Origin: Sporopachydermia quercuum
Lineage: Eukaryota
Length of the DNA stretch: 64,000 bases
Direction: 5' to 3'
Assembly (NCBI GenBank): GCA_001599295.1
Contig: BCGN01000004.1
Span: 748,138 to 812,137 of the forward strand
The translations under genes and the position numbers were made by a program. Shown here piece after piece: positions 59,017 through 64,000 of this stretch. The notes under the pieces were generated by a model. That model did no database searches and was not told the DNA's origin. It saw nothing but the letters and a program-made list of their open reading frames with translations. Each line of letters opens with the position of its first letter. Within the stretch, counting starts at the first letter, position 1.

Positions 59017-61401
59017 ATGTCACAGGATATGTTGGAAGCTTCTGGTTATACTGGACTTCCACCAGCTCCTCCTTATGATATTTTATATGAAAAGAATGAT
59101 CCAGCGATACAGAAGTTTCTCCAAGTAGACGTAAAGGAGCCGTTACCTTCCTATTCATCATCAGTTTACAAGTTTGGGTTAGTCGCGAGAAAAGCAGAGC
59201 TGATATCGCCGAACATTCAGGCAAATAATAGAACTTGGAAGAAAGTGTACCTTGAAGTTAACAACACACAACTAAATATATATTCTCCTAAAGATGTTCA
59301 TATACCTTCGCTGTATTTTCAGGCTATAGAACCTGTCCAATCATCAACAAATTCAAACGGACTAAAACACACGTCATCGACTTCACACCTGATTCCATCA
59401 TCATCATTAACTAGTCTTTTAGCATTGAATTCGAATGGATTAACATCTAAGCAGCCATCAATGGATCTTCTATCACACGAGAGTTCAACAAATGACCTTT
59501 TGCATGCAGCTATCAGTTCGTCTATGAGCCACAGTTTATCAGCTACTAATATGACTTCAGGAGGTCATTCCATTGCATCAGTAGCGATGTCACCATCATC
59601 ATCATCTACAAGTCAGCTTGGATTCAGACCTCGAGAAAGGGGAAACAGTCTTAGTCGTTCTCTCAAAAGCGCTTTTCAACTACATAAGAACAGAAATAGA
59701 TCACTTTCAAGCGTATCAACAATTTCAACAATGTCTAACGGATCCATGAGTTCCTTTAATGATTCAACAAATATCACATCAACCCCAGAGTTAGATCAAC
59801 ATGGCCTTGATTACCCATACAATAGAGCAACTGGTACTCCTGGATCTTGGTCGGATTATTTCAGCATGTCGAACGACTCGTTAGAATTGGGAGAGACCAC
59901 TGAAAACTTTAACCAGGGAAGCAGCTCATCAACAGCTCATTGCCAACAAATGGCGGCTCTCAACAAACTAGTTCCCATGTATAAAGTTATTGACACAGCA
60001 GTTGCACCGGACAAGAAATTAGTGCCTGACACAGTGAAATTCAACCTTATTATTCCCCATCAATCTCAAATTAATGCAATCAAATTGAACAGTAAATTAA
60101 AGAAGTCCTACTCTTTACAGTATGCGATGATAGGTTTAGCTACGGATTATACCAAGAAGCCTTACGTCTTGCGGTTAAGAGTGGAACAAGAACAGTTTCT
60201 CATTGAGTGCTATTCATTAGAAAATGTTATTGACTGGTACACTATTTTAACAGCAGGACGAGACGTCGCTTCTCCATTAGATGAAAGAGTTTTAACAGAA
60301 TATAGAACTCTTCCAAGAAGGAGAAGAGCAGATAATATAAGAAATGGCGTTTCTTATGGTAACCCGATGTTAGAAGTCCAAAATTTACCTGATACTCTTT
60401 CTGTGAATGAAGTGGCACATGCCATTGAATCAAGTTCTTTCAGAACCCCTTTTTCGCTAGGAAACAAAACCACACAATCAGCACGTAATGCTTTATCAGA
60501 TAGGACAAGGTCCCGTTCAAATTCGAATCCTTCTGTCGTTAAAGCCAAAGCAGGATCATTGAATAGTATCACAACTGTACCCCTACAGAGATTAAGATCA
60601 AATTCAGAGCAGATTCAATCTCACGTTTTCTCAGGATTGGAAAATCCAAGATCATTTTTTGAACCGTCATTCAATTCGGAACTTTTGAATTCTAGCTTCA
60701 GCATCACAGCAAAACCGATGTCACCTTTAGCAACAGAATCGTTTTCTCCACCAACGTCAGATGTTGAATTACCAGATGATCTATCCGATTTCAACGATAA
60801 TGAACCAGTAGATATTCAACGGCAAAGCTTGGATTTGTTGTTATCCTCTGATCAGACTGGTCATAAAGAACATGGAGAAGAATTGGAGCAGAGCAACGTA
60901 CAACAAGAAAGTGAACTTGATGAATTATTGGAGATATTTCCTGTTGATGGAATTCAACCTGAAGTCAAAGATAGTAGTTCAACATCATCGGTTGGAACGG
61001 TTGGTGGCTCAAATTCGTCCACCGCTAATACCTCTCTTTCTTTATCATCATCTACGTGTTCATCAGCAATAAATTCGATATTTGAAACGGTGAAAGAAGT
61101 ATGGCAACCCGAGAGGTCCAAGAAGTTAACACATGAAAGAATTATGAAGCTTACTCATAAATGTATTGCAGCTTTAAAATCTAAAGATAGATGGTTTGGA
61201 AGGCCTTTAGTGAAAACCATTATTGTGGAGAAACCAAGATTCAAGTATAGCGAGGATTTCGTTAAATGTAAACCTGGCCCGGGAGAGCTGAACAATTTAA
61301 TCGCGGATGATGTTGACATTAGTGTAAATTATTGGAATTCGGTAACTTTGAAATGTGAAGAATATGCTGTTGGTAAAAGTGGACTGGTCTCTATGAAATA
61401 G
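59017..61401 (+). CDS. Split-PH-domain protein with PY motifs (YHR131C/YNL144C-like)
   Basis: APPY and LPSY motifs, RTWKKVYLEVNNTQLNIY, YSLQYAMIGLATDYTKKPYVLRLRVEQEQFL, PLDER..PRRRR. Confidence 0.8.
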   Translation: MSQDMLEASGYTGLPPAPPYDILYEKNDPAIQKFLQVDVKEPLPSYSSSVYKFGLVARKAELISPNIQANNRTWKKVYLEVNNTQLNIYSPKDVHIPSLYFQAIEPVQSSTNSNGLKHTSSTSHLIPSSSLTSLLALNSNGLTSKQPSMDLLSHESSTNDLLHAAISSSMSHSLSATNMTSGGHSIASVAMSPSSSSTSQLGFRPRERGNSLSRSLKSAFQLHKNRNRSLSSVSTISTMSNGSMSSFNDSTNITSTPELDQHGLDYPYNRATGTPGSWSDYFSMSNDSLELGETTENFNQGSSSSTAHCQQMAALNKLVPMYKVIDTAVAPDKKLVPDTVKFNLIIPHQSQINAIKLNSKLKKSYSLQYAMIGLATDYTKKPYVLRLRVEQEQFLIECYSLENVIDWYTILTAGRDVASPLDERVLTEYRTLPRRRRADNIRNGVSYGNPMLEVQNLPDTLSVNEVAHAIESSSFRTPFSLGNKTTQSARNALSDRTRSRSNSNPSVVKAKAGSLNSITTVPLQRLRSNSEQIQSHVFSGLENPRSFFEPSFNSELLNSSFSITAKPMSPLATESFSPPTSDVELPDDLSDFNDNEPVDIQRQSLDLLLSSDQTGHKEHGEELEQSNVQQESELDELLEIFPVDGIQPEVKDSSSTSSVGTVGGSNSSTANTSLSLSSSTCSSAINSIFETVKEVWQPERSKKLTHERIMKLTHKCIAALKSKDRWFGRPLVKTIIVEKPRFKYSEDFVKCKPGPGELNNLIADDVDISVNYWNSVTLKCEEYAVGKSGLVSMK

Positions 61402-61449
61402 ACAGACATTCATCATTTCATTAGTTTAATTATTGACAGATCTGACGCT

Positions 61450-61596
61450 CTTTGATCAATTTAATCCATTCATTGACATAGTAATCATGTTATTATTGTT
61501 TCAAATTTTTTTTTTTTTTTTTTCTTTGATCAATTTAATCCATTCATTGACATAGTAATCATGTTATTATTGTTTCAAATTTTTTTTTTTTTTTTT
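61450..61596. repeat. Tandem duplication of a 74/73-bp unit ending in poly-T
   Basis: 61450-61523 and 61524-61596 are identical except T18 vs T17. Confidence 0.9.
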
Positions 61597-61931
61597 AATG
61601 TTATGAACACTGTATAAATATTATGATAGATTATGAACGTGTATTGTATTTCAGACTCTAATAATTAAGAATAAGTAAATTTAGTAAGCTGCGAATCATG
61701 AAACGAATAGCCTATTAATTGATGAAGGTAATAAATAATCTGAACCTTTCAAAGGCGTACCTTGCATCGACATGTACTACAGTCATTCAGTTATCTTCTT
61801 CTGCATGCTACAAATAATTAATAATCTCGTTCTTGATTAAAACAATACTTCATTTCCAGTTTATCTATATGCATCAAAAACATTCGCCAAAACATTCATA
61901 GTCAACAAGTAATATCAATATTAAATTGATC

Positions 61932-62091
61932 ATCTGTAGCGTAGCTGATTCCCAACGTATCATTTCTAATCCTCGTCGGGTGCCCAGTATATTTGCGTTA
62001 TTCTACACGCGCTGTTTGGTGAACAAATCAATTAAATTAAACCTGTTCGTTCAAATATATTTAAATATATCCAGCCGTGATATATGATGTT
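61932..62091 (-). ncRNA. Box H/ACA snoRNA, snR32-like (guide for 25S Psi2191)
   Basis: 5' hairpin CACG-GCUG/CAGC-CGUG plus GAACGAA/UUUGUUC; H box AGAAUA 62004-61999. 3' pocket ACUGGGCA..AAUCA around stem CCCGACG/CGUUGGG pairs with UGAUU-Psi-C-UGCCCAGU. ACA 61937-61935; TATAAATA at 62137-62130. Confidence 0.8.
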
Positions 62092-62129
62092 AATTAAAGA
62101 AAAAGGGAATTCTCAAGGGGTTCCCATCC

Positions 62130-62295
62130 TATTTATAATGCTGGGGATTTTTGCCGAAGTGAAAAATTTTCACGTGAACACTCAAACTGGGTTTAGCTTG
62201 GTGGAAATGGCGTGTAGGTATCGAACGTACTATGGCAACTGTATAATGCTTCTTTGTATTAATGAAGGAAGAATAATATGAAGAAAATATATAAA
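62130..62295. promoter_or_regulatory. Bidirectional promoter: minus TATA, palindromic RRPE overlapping CACGTG, plus TATA
   Basis: TATAAATA (-) 62137-62130; GTGAAAAATTTTCAC 62159-62173; CACGTG 62171-62176; TATATAAA (+) 62288-62295. Lies between two convergent protein genes. Confidence 0.7.
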
Positions 62296-62323
62296 GGAAT
62301 ATAATTTACTAATTATTTGAATG

Positions 62324-62507
62324 ACAGGACTGTGAAAATTCCATATTATATTATTGCATGATTGAGAAATCGTTGAGTCATATATGCCTTGTAATAATAT
62401 GGAGACAGTAGTACAGTTAATAACTATTTAGGAATGAAGCTGAAGCCGTAGGAATCAAGGTGCAATATGACGGGACATAGTGTCTATGGTTAATTCAGAA
62501 TACAATT
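62324..62507 (+). ncRNA. Box H/ACA snoRNA candidate (3' pocket fits 25S Psi2826, snR34-like)
   Basis: Hairpin 1 GACUGUG/UACAGUU plus UCCAUAUUAU/AUAAUAUGGA. Hairpin 2 CCGUAGG/UCUAUGG with pocket AAGC..GUUA matching UAAC-Psi-G-GCUU. ACA+3 nt at 62502-62507. G-U pairs favour the + strand; H box imperfect. Confidence 0.6.
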
Positions 62508-62628
62508 AGATCACCAATCACTACAAATTCTGATANCAACAACATTTATCAGAATTTGAATGCATCTTTCTTTATCCACAATATATACTTTTCTATTTAT
62601 ATAAACCCGTCAGTAAGACGAGATCCAT

Positions 62629-64000
62629 TTATAATGCTTGCTTTCTTGTCAAGTAATCGAAGCGAGAGTAAGTATAACCAATAAACGGTAAATCTTCCTT
62701 ATTAACTTTTCCATCTTTACTTTGAGTATTTTGCTGTTGATGAGCTCTTGCCATTGCTGGAGAATCAGGAACATTTTCCAATTCTTCTGTAGGGAAAAAT
62801 CGAGTATCCGTAATAGAAGTCAATTTTGGGATGAAAGGTGCGTCTACTTCTCTTATAGTATCCCAGTCTACTCCACGGAAAAAAGGATGTGATTTAATAT
62901 CACTAGCACCACCAACAGCACCCAAACGTCTATCACTAGATGTAAGCAACCTTCGGATCAAATCTTCTGATTCAGGAGATAAATGAATGTCATCAGGGAA
63001 AACTAATGTCTCTTGCCAATTAAGAATTTTTCGATAAGTTTCTGATCGAGTTTCCGAACAAAACGGTGGCCAACCAACAAGACATTCATACATAATAGCA
63101 CCCAGTGACCACCAATCACATTCTTGACCATAACCTTGTTGAATGAAAATTTCAGGCGCAATATAATCTGGTGTACCAACAGTTGAATATGCCATTACTC
63201 TTCTTGACTTTCTCCACGTTTGAAACTGTTGACGATTAGTCATTGTCAAATGGATTGGGTCTACTAACACTGAATTTCTTTGCTTTTCTTGTGGCTCTCG
63301 TTCCAAAAGTTTCTTATAATAATTTGAATCATGGGTCTTGTGAAATCCTGTAGATAAACCAAAATCAGATAATTTAATATGACCTCGAATATCAATAAGA
63401 ATATTGTCGGGTTTAATATCTCTATGAATAAATCCAAGCTTATGGATAGCTTCTATAGCCAAAACACATTCTGCCATATAAAATCTAGTGATATCTTCAG
63501 TAAATGTTTGCCATCTGATCAGCATTGTCATTAAATCCCCACCAGGTAAAAACTCCATGATAAGATATAGGTACTGCGTATCTTGGAAAGAGTAGTATAA
63601 AGAAACAACCCATGGTGAATCCGAACCTGCCAAAACATCTCTTTCAGCTTTAACATGTGCTAATTGATCCTTTTTATACATTTCTGATTTAAGCAAAGTT
63701 TTCATAGCATAAATCTTGCCGGTGTCTTTTTTCTGTACAAGACGAACTTCACCAAAAGCACCTTTTCCAATCACCTTAACCGTTTGGAAATCGTCTAATG
63801 ATAATCGAGTTCTTCTTAAACGCAAAAACTGAGACTCTTTCTTACCCAAGGATTGTAGCTGTCTGTTTTTTCGCTCTTCAGACGATTTCTCATTCATTAG
63901 CCTATGTTCTAGATCTACTCTTCTTTGATTTCTTTCGATTGCATGACTAACACTCTTTTGATAAAAGTTTTCAATACGCAACTTCACCGCTGCAGCTTTC
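62629..64000 (-). CDS. CBK1: NDR/LATS kinase Cbk1 (partial, 5' end outside the window)
   Basis: [47 protein letters not shown], hydrophobic motif [12 protein letters not shown]. Confidence 0.96.
   Translation of the reverse strand, partial: KAAAVKLRIENFYQKSVSHAIERNQRRVDLEHRLMNEKSSEERKNRQLQSLGKKESQFLRLRRTRLSLDDFQTVKVIGKGAFGEVRLVQKKDTGKIYAMKTLLKSEMYKKDQLAHVKAERDVLAGSDSPWVVSLYYSFQDTQYLYLIMEFLPGGDLMTMLIRWQTFTEDITRFYMAECVLAIEAIHKLGFIHRDIKPDNILIDIRGHIKLSDFGLSTGFHKTHDSNYYKKLLEREPQEKQRNSVLVDPIHLTMTNRQQFQTWRKSRRVMAYSTVGTPDYIAPEIFIQQGYGQECDWWSLGAIMYECLVGWPPFCSETRSETYRKILNWQETLVFPDDIHLSPESEDLIRRLLTSSDRRLGAVGGASDIKSHPFFRGVDWDTIREVDAPFIPKLTSITDTRFFPTEELENVPDSPAMARAHQQQNTQSKDGKVNKEDLPFIGYTYSRFDYLTRKQAL

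Noticed and set aside
62429..62491. snR30 m1/m2-like motifs on the minus strand
   Set aside because: Wrong order (AACCAU before AUUCCUA) and no fitting hairpin or ACA.

Overview
AT-rich eukaryotic window from a budding yeast (Saccharomycotina). It uses the standard code (CTG falls at conserved Leu sites), is relatively intron-rich, and carries scattered single N bases suggestive of a heterozygous assembly. About 22 protein genes are supported: APP1 (partial), CHL1, a 2OG-Fe(II) oxygenase, NIC96, SEC4, NAR1, ZWF1 (2 introns, 21-nt micro-exon), VPS36, a spliced Zn2Cys6 factor, HPT1, SGM1, HIS5 (1 intron), an unknown mitochondrial-like membrane protein, GCD14/TRM61, a PTS1 acyl-CoA dehydrogenase, LSM1 (3 introns, absent from the ORF track), a GPI cell-wall protein, an orphan ORF, EXO5, an LtrA-family protein, a degenerate PNGase A-like protein, a YHR131C/YNL144C-like PH protein and CBK1 (partial). 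RNA genes are tRNA-Val(AAC) and three H/ACA snoRNA candidates read by hand. One is snR5-like. The other two form a head-to-head pair on one RRPE promoter: an snR32-like RNA and an RNA with an snR34-like pocket plus a possible pocket for 25S U2137. Other highlights: a probable non-AUG, presequence-like N-terminal extension of App1; a rod-like fold in ZWF1 intron 2; tandem 3' splice sites in two introns; a likely inactive PNGase. No transposon, CRISPR or clearly foreign DNA was found. All folding and target matching was done by eye against remembered S. cerevisiae rRNA and needs computational confirmation.
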